A model generated the notes under the pieces. It made no database searches, was not told where the DNA came from, and worked only from the letters and a program-made list of their open reading frames with translations. This document shows positions 29,593 to 40,174 of a stretch of 64,000 bases of DNA, in pieces; position 1 is the first letter of the stretch; each line of letters starts with the position of its first letter. Source of the stretch: Deltaproteobacteria bacterium (GTDB lineage Bacteria; UBA10199; JACPAL01; GCA-016699445); contig CP064976.1 in NCBI GenBank assembly GCA_016699445.1, positions 1,897,125-1,961,124 on the forward strand, read 5' to 3'. A program made the translations under genes and the position numbers.

Positions 29593-30939
29593 ATGTCAAT
29601 CCCGAAAACCCAAAAACATACGAATATGGAAAAAAGTCAAATCTTGAAAAAAGCGGGTGGAGTGAGTTTTTTGACCCTCGTGAGTCGCGTGACGGGGATG
29701 TTGCGAGATATGGCTATTGCTCATGTTTTTGGAGCCGGAGCTTTGACAGATATGTTTTTTGTGGCCTTTCGTTTGCCTAATCTCTTCCGTCGCCTTTTTG
29801 CTGAGGGCGCTTTGACGGGAGCTTTTGTGCCGGTCTTTGTGGAGATCAAGGATTCCGATCAAGCCAAAATTATTTTTAATAAAGTGTTTTCGTGGATGAC
29901 CACTATTTTGGGTGGCCTGCTTTTACTCCTGATTTTATTGGCTCCAGCGCTTGTCTATGTGCTCGCTCCAGGTTTGGTTCATTCAGCAAATTATGATCAG
30001 ACAGTTACGATGGTGCGCTGGCTCTTACCGTATCTTTTACTCATCGGTTGGACCGCTTTAGGGATGGGTGTGGCTAATAGTTTGGGAATTTTTCGCCCTC
30101 TGCCACAGCTCCTGTTTTGCTCAATGCGGGAATGATTAGTGGCGCTTTGTTTTCGGAAATTTTTTGTCCAACCTATCTATGGTCTCGTCATGGGAGTGTT
30201 GGTGGGAGGAGTGGCTCAAGTGGTGATTCATCTGCCAATACTTAAAAAACATCACTTGAGCCCACGATTTGATTTTCAAAAGCATCCAGCTTTAGAAAAA
30301 ATGAGCAAGCTCTTCTGGCCCTCGTGCTATGGAGCGGCGATCTATCAGTTTCATGTATTGCTCATCACGGCTCTGGCGACATTTCTGCCAGCAGGGAGTG
30401 TGTCGTGGCTTTGGTATGCGGATCGTCTGTTTCAATTTCCATTAGGACTGGTGACGATTGCAATGGCAACGGTGCTGTTGCCCACACTATCGATTCAAGC
30501 ACAAAGTATTGCTACTCTTGAAGGTAGACAAAAACTCAAAGAGACGTTGTCATTTTCCATGAAAACGACCTTGGCTTTGATTATTCCAGCGACATTAGGC
30601 TTGATAGTATTGGCCAAGCCAATCGTGAAGTTATTATTTGAACATGGTCAATTTGGCCCGAATGACGTGATCGGTACACAAAAAGTATTGATTATGACAG
30701 CGATCGGACTGCCTTTTGTCTCGATTTCAAAACTTCTCTCCCAAGTCTTTTTATCGCTTCAACAACCAAAAATTTTACTCAAAGCTTCTAATCTTTCCGT
30801 GGCCCTTCACATTCTATTTTCAGTCATTCTCATCAAGCCCCTAGCATCGCAGGGTCTCGCTTTGGCTTTAAGTCTCTCAGCCATCGGCCACGCTGGGGAG
30901 TTGGGGTATCGGTTGAAAACGTCTTTCAAATCTATCTGA
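29593..30939 (+). pseudogene. murJ: lipid II flippase MurJ (MviN), with two compensating frameshifts about 70 nt apart
   Basis: 29593..30135 and 30139..30939 are in the same frame, separated by TGA. The conserved segment ATAPVLLNAGMISGALFSEIF is read in another frame between the T5 run at 30089-30093 and the T6 run at 30160-30165. Confidence 0.8.
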
Positions 30940-31667
30940 GAGATTATTTCGATAGTTTTATGAGAAGTAGGGTGAGGAAATTGGAGACGATAGGCATGTA
31001 AATAGAGACGATCTGCGCTGACTTTTCCATAAATTTTATCTCCCACAATGGGATGTCCAATCGTTGAAAGATGAGCACGGATTTGGTGGCGTCGGCCTGT
31101 TTTGATGCGTACAGATAACCATGTCGTAGGGGCAGGCCCCCGTGCCTGTCCTGATAATGTGGGAACATTCATTTCAGGGCAACCACGGAGGGTTGCTCCT
31201 ACGGGTTCATAAAACGTCACCGCTTCTTGAGCTTTATGACGAATGGCTTCCTTCTTGTCTTTATACACTTTCACCCGCTTTGCACTCTTAGGATCAGGCC
31301 CGATGGGCCAGGTGATTTTTCCTGGTTTTGCAATGTGTCCCTGCACAAGAGCTCTGTATTCTTTTTCAACTTTGTTCGATGAAAAAGCTTTTCAAAAATA
31401 GTCATAAGTTTTCTGATCACGTGCAAAAATCACAAGTCCGGAGGTTTCGACATCCAACCGATGCACCGCTCCCCAGTCACTTCCTCCTATATTTTTTAAT
31501 TCAGGAAATTTTTGTGAAAGAAGATGGGCCAGTGTTTTTTGTAGAGGCGGTTCATGAACCGCCTCTACGGGTAATGGCTGTGTTGGAATCCCTGGGGGCT
31601 TTTCAACCACAAGAAAATGATTATCTTCAATATGGATTGTAATATCCTGAACCTCTATCGACTTCAT
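30807..31667 (-). pseudogene. RluA-family pseudouridine synthase carrying an in-frame TGA
   Basis: 31392..31667 is the N-part (HRLDVETSGLVIFAR). 30807..31346 is the C-part (TGRRHQIRAHLSTIGHPIVGDKIYG). Both are in the same frame, and the conserved KEYRALVQG is read straight through the TGA at 31392-31394. Confidence 0.75.
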
Positions 31668-32344
31668 CGATACGATGCCCCAATCCAGGTGATGACGATA
31701 TTGCTTAAGGCATGAAAGAGAATAGGGGCGACAAGGCCATTTGTTTTTTCTCGTAGCCATCCAAAGACTAAAGCGGGAAAGAAGATTGAGAAATGCCACC
31801 ATTGAAAAGCAATCAAGCTATGTGAAGCGGCAAAGATAATGGCACTGAGAGGAATGCTGTAGGTCGCCTCTAGATGAAGTGGTTTGAGAAATGATATTTG
31901 GTCATCAAATCGAAACTTTAAAAAGCTTTGGAGATAGCCTCTAAAGAAAAGTTCTTCGGGAAATCCCACCAAAATAATTTGTGAAAAACAAAACGTCAGT
32001 GACAGGCCTGTTGAGTTGGGTTGGAATGTAAGATTTAAAAAATGAGTGAGGACAAGATGGCTGAGCCCTAAAAAGAGAGGGAAAATAATTGCCGATGTGA
32101 GTGTGAATAGTTTTAATGATGAAATGACTTCTTCTGATTTTTCAAAAAATCGGATCGGGATTTTTCTTTTTTCTACATACAAAAGAGCGGGATAAATGAG
32201 AATAACAGCCACAATCGTTGACAGATAATCATGCAGAATGGGCTGGTGACGAAAAGTGTAGAGAATTTTAATTGTGGCAATGACCGCCAGAAAAAAAAGT
32301 GTCGCTTCTCGATTTAGGTTATGAGGCTTTTTTGTATCGAGCAT
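31664..32344 (-). CDS. CPBP family intramembrane glutamic endopeptidase (CAAX protease-like)
   Basis: Multi-TM protein with EELFFRGYL, the FxxxH motif and conserved His residues. It is ATGA-coupled to rluA. Confidence 0.75.
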   Translation of the reverse strand: MLDTKKPHNLNREATLFFLAVIATIKILYTFRHQPILHDYLSTIVAVILIYPALLYVEKRKIPIRFFEKSEEVISSLKLFTLTSAIIFPLFLGLSHLVLTHFLNLTFQPNSTGLSLTFCFSQIILVGFPEELFFRGYLQSFLKFRFDDQISFLKPLHLEATYSIPLSAIIFAASHSLIAFQWWHFSIFFPALVFGWLREKTNGLVAPILFHALSNIVITWIGASYR

Positions 32345-33107
32345 GGAGATATAAATAAAGAATGAATGCGGCCAGTGCGACGCTTAAGCCCGTGATTTGT
32401 CCTGTAGAAATCGTTCCTCCAAAGTACACACCACGATCGGCGTCTCCTCGGAAAAATTCAATAAAGGCTCTTGGCAAAGACCATCCCATCACCAGAGCAC
32501 AGATGGTTTCTCCTGGATACTGTTTGTGATTTTTATAAAACCATCGAACAAAAAAGAAGAGTAGTGTGGCATGAATCATGGAATAAATCTGCGTGGGATG
32601 AAGGGGTAGATTAGGATAATAATAATAAGCTGTGGATGCTGGATCGGTAAACGTAATGGCCCATGGAAGATTGGTGGGTTTGCCATAACAACAGCCAGTC
32701 AAAAGGCATGCTAGGCGTACAAAAAATTTAATCAGTGGTGCTCCTGTTGCAAAAAAATCCATGTATGTCCAAATAGGAAGTTTGCGGACTTTGAAATAAA
32801 TCGGAAGTGAAATCGCTAACCCAATAAAAGCTCCCCAAGAAACAAACCCGCCTCTCCAAAATTCAAATACGCGCATGGGCTTAGCCCAGTAGTAAGCAGG
32901 CGCTTCGACTAAAATGTGGAAGATACGAGAACCTAAAACGCCAACCACCATACCTAAAATACCCATATCCAACATGGCTTCTTGTTGAAGTCCTGCCTTT
33001 TTGGCATTGAAGAAAAGATAGAATGTACAGGCTAATGTCGCCACCATGATGAAAAAGAAAAAAGAAGGTACCTTGGTGCCTCCGATTGAAAATAAAAATG
33101 GCATCAT
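32319..33107 (-). CDS. lgt: prolipoprotein diacylglyceryl transferase Lgt, paralog 1
   Basis: GGFVSWGAFIG, the G-rich signature region and TQIYS. It overlaps lspA by ATGA. Confidence 0.85.
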   Translation of the reverse strand: MMPFLFSIGGTKVPSFFFFIMVATLACTFYLFFNAKKAGLQQEAMLDMGILGMVVGVLGSRIFHILVEAPAYYWAKPMRVFEFWRGGFVSWGAFIGLAISLPIYFKVRKLPIWTYMDFFATGAPLIKFFVRLACLLTGCCYGKPTNLPWAITFTDPASTAYYYYPNLPLHPTQIYSMIHATLLFFFVRWFYKNHKQYPGETICALVMGWSLPRAFIEFFRGDADRGVYFGGTISTGQITGLSVALAAFILYLYLHARYKKAS

Positions 33108-33661
33108 GGAAGAAGAACCCCTTTTTTGTTTCTTTTGTCATCAGACAGCATGAAAAAAAGAAGAAGTGTGATAGCAAGGCAGATTGCAGAATCTGCAATA
33201 TTAAAAGCTGGCCACTCAAGCCTAAAATAAAAATAGTGACCCAAGAGGGTAAAATCAGCCCATCGATCATAATAATGAAATGAGAGAAAATCGACGACTT
33301 CACCCAAGGTGATGCGGTCATAAATATTTCCTAAGGCCCCACCTAAAATCAGCCCCAAACTAATATGGACGCAATTATTTTCAGGGTATTCACGCGAAAA
33401 ATAATACAGCATACCCACCAAAGCGACAATCGAGCTCACAAAGAAAAATGGCATGCGAATATTTTCAGGCATTTCAGCCATAAATCCAAAAGCAGCACCC
33501 TTATTGCGTGTGTGGATGATGTCGAAAAGTCCAGGGATGACAGACATAAAAATATCCCTTGGGACATTTTCTACAATCCAATGCTTGCTCCATTGATCCA
33601 ATGCAAAAACAATAGAAGCGAGCCCTAAGATGAGAGGCCATTTTTTGAAAAAATTATTCAT
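33104..33661 (-). CDS. lspA: lipoprotein signal peptidase II
   Basis: DQWSK, NKGAAFG, GGALGNIYDR, VVDF and FNIADSAI. It is in the conserved ileS-lspA arrangement. Confidence 0.85.
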   Translation of the reverse strand: MNNFFKKWPLILGLASIVFALDQWSKHWIVENVPRDIFMSVIPGLFDIIHTRNKGAAFGFMAEMPENIRMPFFFVSSIVALVGMLYYFSREYPENNCVHISLGLILGGALGNIYDRITLGEVVDFLSFHYYDRWADFTLLGHYFYFRLEWPAFNIADSAICLAITLLLFFMLSDDKRNKKGVLLP

Positions 33662-36467
33662 GATGTGATGGCCTCAATACAAGCTTTGCAGATGGTTGGA
33701 TGTGTGGCATCAGCTCCGATATCTTCTCTCCATTTCCAACAACGTTCACATTTGACGCCATTAGCGCGTTGGATTTCAATAAAGAGAGAGGGGAAAAGAG
33801 AGCTGGGTTTGGCTTTCTCCGAAATATCTTCGCTCCATTCAATTTGGGAGACTTGAAGAAGATCTGAAAGCTGATTCCCAAAGCTTTCCAGCAAGTGAAG
33901 GGGCTCATCGGCTGCTGTAAAAATAATTTTAGCTTCCAGAGAATTACCAATCACTTTATTCTGCCTGGCTTCTTCGAGATTTTTTAAAATATCAGTTCGC
34001 AATTCTTTAAAATTTTCCCAACGACTGGACAAAGCCTCATTGATCGCAGCCTGATCCGCTTGAGGGAATCGTGATAAATGAATAGAAGATGTTTTATCGT
34101 TAAAATTGGGAAGGTGCTTCCAGATTTCCTCAGAAGTAAAAGCTAAAATAGGCGCCATGAGTTGGCTCATGACAGTGACAATTTCAAAAAGCACCTTCTG
34201 AGCTCCTCGACGTGCTGGATGACTTTTAGAAAAAGCATAAAGTCGATCTTTTAAAATATCGAGATAGAAAGCGGATAAATCAACCGTACAAAAACGATTG
34301 AGCTCATGAAAGATCATGTGAAAACTATAATCTTCATAGGATTTTTGAACTTTTAAAATCAGCTTTTGCAGTACGTGTCGTGCATAATGATCAATTTCGT
34401 ACAACTCCACTTTGTCCCATGGAGTGCTTGTGTCAAAATCAGAAATATTTCCTAGAAGAAAGCGGGCTGTGTTGCGGATCTTGCGATAAGCTTCGGCTAA
34501 GCGCGTGAGGATTTCATTCGAAACACGGATGTCATTTCGATAATCTTCGGCTGCGACCCAGAGACGTAAGATTTCAGCGCCATTTTCTTTAATGACTTTT
34601 TCTGGCGGGACGTAATTGCCAGCAGACTTGGAATATTTTTTCCATGACTATCGACAACAAACCCATGAGTGAGAACAGTCTTGTAAGGTGCTTTTCCACG
34701 TGTGCCAACAGAGGCTAAAAGAGAGGCATGAAACCAACCACGATGTTGATCACTTCCTTCTAAATAAAGATCGGCTGGAAACGTCAGCCCTTCTCGTTTT
34801 TCCAAAACAGAGGCAAAGCTCACTCCGGAATCAAACCAAACATCCAAAATATCTTCTTCTTTAAGCCAGTCTGAAGCTTGGCATTGTGGGCACTTGGTAC
34901 CCTGAGGGAGAAGATTTTCTGTGGGTTCGGAAAACCATACATCCGAACCTTCTTTTTCAAAACGATCAGCAATGGTGTTGATGATATTTTGATCCAGCAA
35001 GAGGTGCTGACATTCACGGCAACGAAAAGCCATGATGGGAACTCCCCAGCTTCGCTGACGCGAGAGACACCAGTCAGGACGATTTTCCACCATGCCGTAA
35101 ATACGTTCGCGGCCCCAATGAGGGATCCAATTGACACGACGAATGGCATCAAGAGCCTTGCCTTTGATGTCATGCTTGGAGAGCGACAAAAACCATTGTT
35201 CGGTTGCGCGAAAAATCAAAGGCTTCTTACAGCGCCAACAATGCGGGTACATGTGCTCAATATTTTTTTCTTTCAGGAGAGCATTCTTTTCCTTGAGAAG
35301 AGCAATAACCGTGGGATTGGCTTCTAAGACTTTTAAGCCTTTCCATTCTTCGATGCCACATTCGCTCGTATAGCGACCTTCACCATCGACAGGTGTGAGT
35401 GTCGGAAGTTTGTATTTTTTGCCCACATCATAATCTTCTTCACCATGTCCTGGAGCAATATGAACGCATCCTGTTCCTGTATCGACTGTTACGTGATCGG
35501 ACAGTACAACGTCCGATACTCTATTCAAAAATGGATGTTGAGCTTTAAGACCTTCAAGCTTTTCACCGGCAATACGGTAAGCAGGTTCGGATTCTGGTGT
35601 TTCCAAAGTTTCACAAACAGCCGAAGCGAGTTGTTTGGCAACAATCAAAAACTCGTTTCCCACAGGCATGGCGACATAGTCATAGCTCGTATGAACAGCC
35701 ACTGCGAGATTAGCAGGTAGTGTCCAAGGTGTGGTTGTCCAGATGACGATCGAAACTTTTTTGCCTTCCAGCTTAGGGAAGAGAGTTTTGAAAGCATTGT
35801 CCTGCAGCATTTCAAATTTGACATAAACAGAAGGGGATGTGTGATTTTCGTGTTCGACTTCCGCATCGGCCAAGGCTGTACGGCAATAAGCACACCACAA
35901 GACGGGACGCAGTCCTTTATAAATATCTCCCTGAGCGGCAAATTTTCCAAACTCACGCGCGATCTGCGCTTCGTAAGGATAATTCATCGTGAGGTAAGGT
36001 TCATCCCAGTCTGCAGAGATTCCCAAACGTTTAAAATCTTGTCGTTGGAGATTCACAAACTTCATCGCATAGTCACGACAAGCTTTGCGAATATCTGTCT
36101 TCGACATCGTTTTCTTTTTAGGTCCAAGATCTTTATCTACTTGATGTTCAATGGGGAGACCATGGCAGTCCCAGCCAGGAATGTAGGGGCTATAATGACC
36201 CAACATGTTGTGATAACGAACAATGATATCTTTTAAGATTTTATTGAGAATGTGACCAAAGTGAATGTTGCCATTGGCATACGGTGGCCCATCATGAAGA
36301 ATAAATTTCGGTCCGTTTTTATTGGTCTCTAAAATCTTTTGATAGAGCTGGTCTTTTTCCCATTTTTCCAACACGAGAGGTTCGCGTTTGGCCAAATCTG
36401 CTTTCATGGGAAATTCTGTTTGGGGGAGATGCAGGGTATCTCGATACTTCTTCGTCTCTTCAGTCAT
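33658..36467 (-). pseudogene. ileS: isoleucine--tRNA ligase, frameshifted at the KMSKS region in this assembly
   Basis: 34497..36467 is the N-part (HIGH motif PYANGNIHFGH, editing domain). 33658..34410 is the C-part ending in a Zn ribbon (CERCWK...CKAC). The C-part frame is open back to about 34636. The frames rejoin if the T6 run at 34636-34641 (A6 on the coding strand) is 7 long. Confidence 0.9.
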
Positions 36468-36475
36468 TTTTTTGC

Positions 36476-36979
36476 CTAATCTTTTTCGTCGACACCGACA
36501 TTGGTAATTTCAAAATCATCTTTTCTTAAATAATCTGTCATTTTGGAGAGGAATTTTTTTTCTTCACTATAATCCGAATGCAAACGACCGGTAATGATTG
36601 AGCGTGCTGTGGTGAAAACATCCACGTGTGATTTTCCAGCTTTTTCTTCCAGCTTCACAGTCATGCGATAGTAAGCTCCAACCGTACCGTAGTCTTTTTT
36701 GCCAAACAGTTCCAAATAGTGAGAGGTGGCTTTGGTGCTGATCCAATTAGTTTGAATGAGCCCACTATCCTCATCGGCACGCACAATCTTAAATCCAGCA
36801 TGTTCCAAAACTTTTTGTGCGGCAGTGAAAGTTTCTTTGGGAGTGGAAGAAAATGTTTTGGAAATGGGGGTAAACTCTTTGTCTTTGGAATGGACGATGA
36901 CTTTATTGCAGGCAGTCAAAAACGTCAGCGTCATCACAAGACTCATGAGGCTTAAGGTGTACAGAATTTTTCTTTTCAT
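36476..36979 (-). CDS. hypothetical lipoprotein (167 aa)
   Basis: Signal peptide with lipobox LTAC|N. No family is recognised. It lies between ileS and lgt2. Confidence 0.55.
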   Translation of the reverse strand: MKRKILYTLSLMSLVMTLTFLTACNKVIVHSKDKEFTPISKTFSSTPKETFTAAQKVLEHAGFKIVRADEDSGLIQTNWISTKATSHYLELFGKKDYGTVGAYYRMTVKLEEKAGKSHVDVFTTARSIITGRLHSDYSEEKKFLSKMTDYLRKDDFEITNVGVDEKD

Positions 36980-37775
36980 AAAGACTCCAGTTTTTTGCCA
37001 ATTTGCTTTTGGGAGAGGCGGTTATAAACCACAAGAGCTACGATGATCAAACAGAGACTGATAAATTGTGATGTTGAAAGCCAAGGATCAATCAAAAACC
37101 CTCGAATACTGTCTCCTCTAAAAATTTCCAAAATGCTTCGTAAAATACTATAAACGATGAGGTAGGTCAGAAAAATTTGACCATCAAAACGTTTGCGAGG
37201 CCAGAGATAGAGAAGCCCTCCGCCGATGATAAATAAAAAGAAGGATTCGACAAGTTGAGATGGGAAGAGGGTAATCCCACAGGCGCGAGTGTATAGGGTT
37301 GGCTTGGAAAGGTAATAGAAAATGGAAAGTCCGGCATGGGTTTTCCATAGCAACATCCGGAAGCCAGACACCCCAATCGACCGATGGCATGACCAAAAGC
37401 CAGTCCTGGCATAAAAAAATCAGCTGTTTTCAAAATCTTCATTTTATACCGTGGAGCTAGATAAAGTGCTGTGGCAATGGCTCCGATGAGACCTCCAAAA
37501 AAAACAAGACCCCCTTCCCAAATTTTAAAAATATCAAGAGGGTAGTCTGCAAAGCGTTGCCAGTCGGTAATGACATAGAGAGCTCGAGCTCCTAAGAGAT
37601 TGCCAATGATGAGGTAAAAAGAAAGATCCATGACGCGATCGGGCGAATACCCATCTTTTTTCCCCAAACGCACACTGACATAAATCGAAGTCAGAGCCGC
37701 CAGAGCATACATGAGGCCATACGTATAAATTTTAATCCCTCCAAAGAGGGGGATATTAATAAGGACTGGATGCAT
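36976..37775 (-). pseudogene. lgt: prolipoprotein diacylglyceryl transferase Lgt, paralog 2, frameshifted in this assembly
   Basis: 37167..37775 carries GRLGCLASGCCYGKP and DFPFSITFP. 36976..37371 carries FPSQLVESF...FRGD. The frames rejoin if the C3 run at 37276-37278 (G3 on the coding strand) is 4 long. Confidence 0.8.
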
Positions 37776-37929
37776 TATTTAACCTTTTTCGCAAAATAAA
37801 GCATTTCGGGAAGATGGCAACCCAAATTCAGCTTTGATACTATCCTAGTAAAAATAGAACCCCCCCCCTTTCAATTTTTACAAGGATGCAAGGTTGACAA
37901 GATTTCCGTGCACAGAATAACTGCGGCCT

Positions 37930-38892
37930 ATGACATATCCCAATCACCGTCCTCGTCGTTTGCGATCTTCAAAAACACTGCGCAGTATGGTGCGCGAAAC
38001 GCGCTTGAGTCCTGAGCAGCTGATTCAGCCTCTTTTTGTCACAGAGACGACTCCGAAACCCATCAAGTCGATGCCTGGGATTGCTCAGCTCACTTTGAAA
38101 GAAGTTGTTAAAGAAGCTGCTGAAATTTACAAACGGGGAATTCCCGCAGTGATACTTTTTGGAATTCCAAAATCAAAAGATGAAAAAGCTACCGGTGCTT
38201 GGGCTCAAAATGGGATTGTGCAAAATGCTGTACGGGCCATTAAAGACAAAGTGCCCGAGCTTCTTGTGATCACGGATGTGTGTTTGTGTGAATATATGAG
38301 CCATGGACATTGTGGGGTTGTTTGTGAAGGTCGCATTGAAAACGATACATCTTTAGAAATTATCTCCGATGTGGCTGTCTCTCACGCAATGGCCGGAGCC
38401 GATATGGTGGCGCCATCGGATATGATGGATGGTCGTGTGCGAGCGATCCGTTCGGCGTTGGATGGGTCTGGATTCCCCGAAGTATCGCTGATGAGTTATG
38501 CGGTAAAATATGCCTCGGCTTTTTATGGACCGTTTCGTGAAGCGGCTGAGTCCACCCCCAAGTTTGGTGATCGCAAAACTTACCAAATGGATGCAGGCAA
38601 TGTGCGCGAAGCTTTGCGTGAAGCTAAGCTCGATGCCAAAGAAGGTGCCGATATCATCATGGTAAAACCTGCGTTGTCGTATTTGGATGTGATTTCAAAA
38701 GTGAAAAATGTCGTCGATCTGCCGATTGCGGCTTATCAAGTGAGTGGAGAGTACTCGATGATCAAAGCCGCTGCAGAAAAAGGCTGGATCGATGAAAAAT
38801 CCATCATTCTCGAAACTCTTCTCTCCATACATAGAGCTGGGGCGGATTTGATTGTCACGTATTTTGCTCAGGAAGCCGTAAAACTATTATAA
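37930..38892 (+). CDS. hemB: porphobilinogen synthase (delta-aminolevulinic acid dehydratase)
   Basis: Full-length HemB with cysteine-rich Zn site CLCEYMSHGHCG and both active-site lysines (MVKP). Confidence 0.95.
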   Translation: MTYPNHRPRRLRSSKTLRSMVRETRLSPEQLIQPLFVTETTPKPIKSMPGIAQLTLKEVVKEAAEIYKRGIPAVILFGIPKSKDEKATGAWAQNGIVQNAVRAIKDKVPELLVITDVCLCEYMSHGHCGVVCEGRIENDTSLEIISDVAVSHAMAGADMVAPSDMMDGRVRAIRSALDGSGFPEVSLMSYAVKYASAFYGPFREAAESTPKFGDRKTYQMDAGNVREALREAKLDAKEGADIIMVKPALSYLDVISKVKNVVDLPIAAYQVSGEYSMIKAAAEKGWIDEKSIILETLLSIHRAGADLIVTYFAQEAVKLL

Positions 38893-40074
38893 TTTCTCTA
38901 CGGTATTACCCTGATAGAGTGTAACATCAATTCCCGCATTTCTGAAGTCTGAGGTATCAACAGATCTATTATTGATAACTCCTGCAAATAGTCGGGCCAG
39001 GGGTTCTGGATGAGAGGGAAGGGCGAGATGGCCCGGGCCTGGAATGCGTCCTGATTTTTTCAAAACAACGGCACGAGCCTTTGGGTAGTGAGCAAAATCT
39101 TCAGCGAGTCTTTCTGGGGAGCCAAGAAGTGGATCGCCATGCGCAAAGACATTAAATTTAGGCATTTTCCCCAAAGCTTTTTGATCTATTTGTAATCGTC
39201 GTAAAGCTTCTGGTGTAGAGGCAAAATCTGACATGCGCGCATGGGTGCTGAGAGCGTGTTCTTGTGCAGCGATTCTGGTTTTCCATGAGCTGAAACTTTC
39301 ACCAGGTCTGCGCAGGAGATGTTCAAAAGTAGATTTGACGAGTTCAGCAACATCGCTATGTCCATGAGAGAGATTGGCAATGCTTAAACCCGAGTAAGCA
39401 ATCGCAAATTTAGCAAGTACCGCAGGTGTGCTGGTGAAGTTGGCTTGTAGTTTGGAAGCCGACGTGAGTATTTCTAAGAAAAGAGTCAAAAGGAGGGGTC
39501 TAGTGTGTGTCTCTCCCAGACTATGAAAAGCAACACAGTTAAAAAGGCCCAAGAGTAAAGGATCTTTTGAAAAATGGTGGGCCAATCGTACGCTCGTGAC
39601 ACCACCTAAAGAATGACCCCCAATGGCAAATGACGTTTTGCCAGTTTTTTTTCTATCATGTCGTATAATATTTAGAGCTCCATCGAGAAATATTGAGAAG
39701 ATGCGTTCTCGATCTTCTAAAGATTGTATTTCTCCAGCGGTGAGGGGTCCTCTATGTGTTTTCAACCAAGAAGATTGCCCGCATCCTGGATAGTCAATCG
39801 CAACTACGCGAATACCTTTTGCCGCTAGAGCATTGGCAAAATCTCTTTCTGCCGCTACACTGCTGCCTAAGCCATGACTCCAATAGAGCGTCGGTGCTTG
39901 GGGGGTATTGGGTGGTGCAAAGATACTGTAATGCCATTCTAAAGTCTGATCAGGTAGTGTGGAGTGACCGGTTAGATCTTGGGTGAAAGTGCATGGAGTT
40001 TCCTGGCTACCCAGGTTTGCCAAGTTTAAGCGAGGAGGCTGTCTCAATCCCAATAATCTAAATAAATCTGCCAT
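38887..40074 (-). CDS. alpha/beta-hydrolase fold protein
   Basis: Nucleophile elbow GGHSLGG and HG oxyanion motif (WSHGLG). 395 aa with no specific family assigned. Confidence 0.75.
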   Translation of the reverse strand: MADLFRLLGLRQPPRLNLANLGSQETPCTFTQDLTGHSTLPDQTLEWHYSIFAPPNTPQAPTLYWSHGLGSSVAAERDFANALAAKGIRVVAIDYPGCGQSSWLKTHRGPLTAGEIQSLEDRERIFSIFLDGALNIIRHDRKKTGKTSFAIGGHSLGGVTSVRLAHHFSKDPLLLGLFNCVAFHSLGETHTRPLLLTLFLEILTSASKLQANFTSTPAVLAKFAIAYSGLSIANLSHGHSDVAELVKSTFEHLLRRPGESFSSWKTRIAAQEHALSTHARMSDFASTPEALRRLQIDQKALGKMPKFNVFAHGDPLLGSPERLAEDFAHYPKARAVVLKKSGRIPGPGHLALPSHPEPLARLFAGVINNRSVDTSDFRNAGIDVTLYQGNTVEKL

Positions 40075-40174
40075 AAAGTAATCTCTCAGAGAAGGTATCG
40101 GTATATCGGCGTGGTTGTTGCGAAAAAAATTGCTCCTTGAGAGTTTTTTAAGGAAGTGGCTCAGATTTTCTGAA

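Noticed and set aside
30136-30138. An apparent in-frame TGA between the two murJ ORFs.
   Set aside because: It is not a nonsense codon. The conserved MurJ segment ATAPVLLNAGMISGALF is read in another frame between two homopolymers. The same-frame appearance results from two compensating indels.
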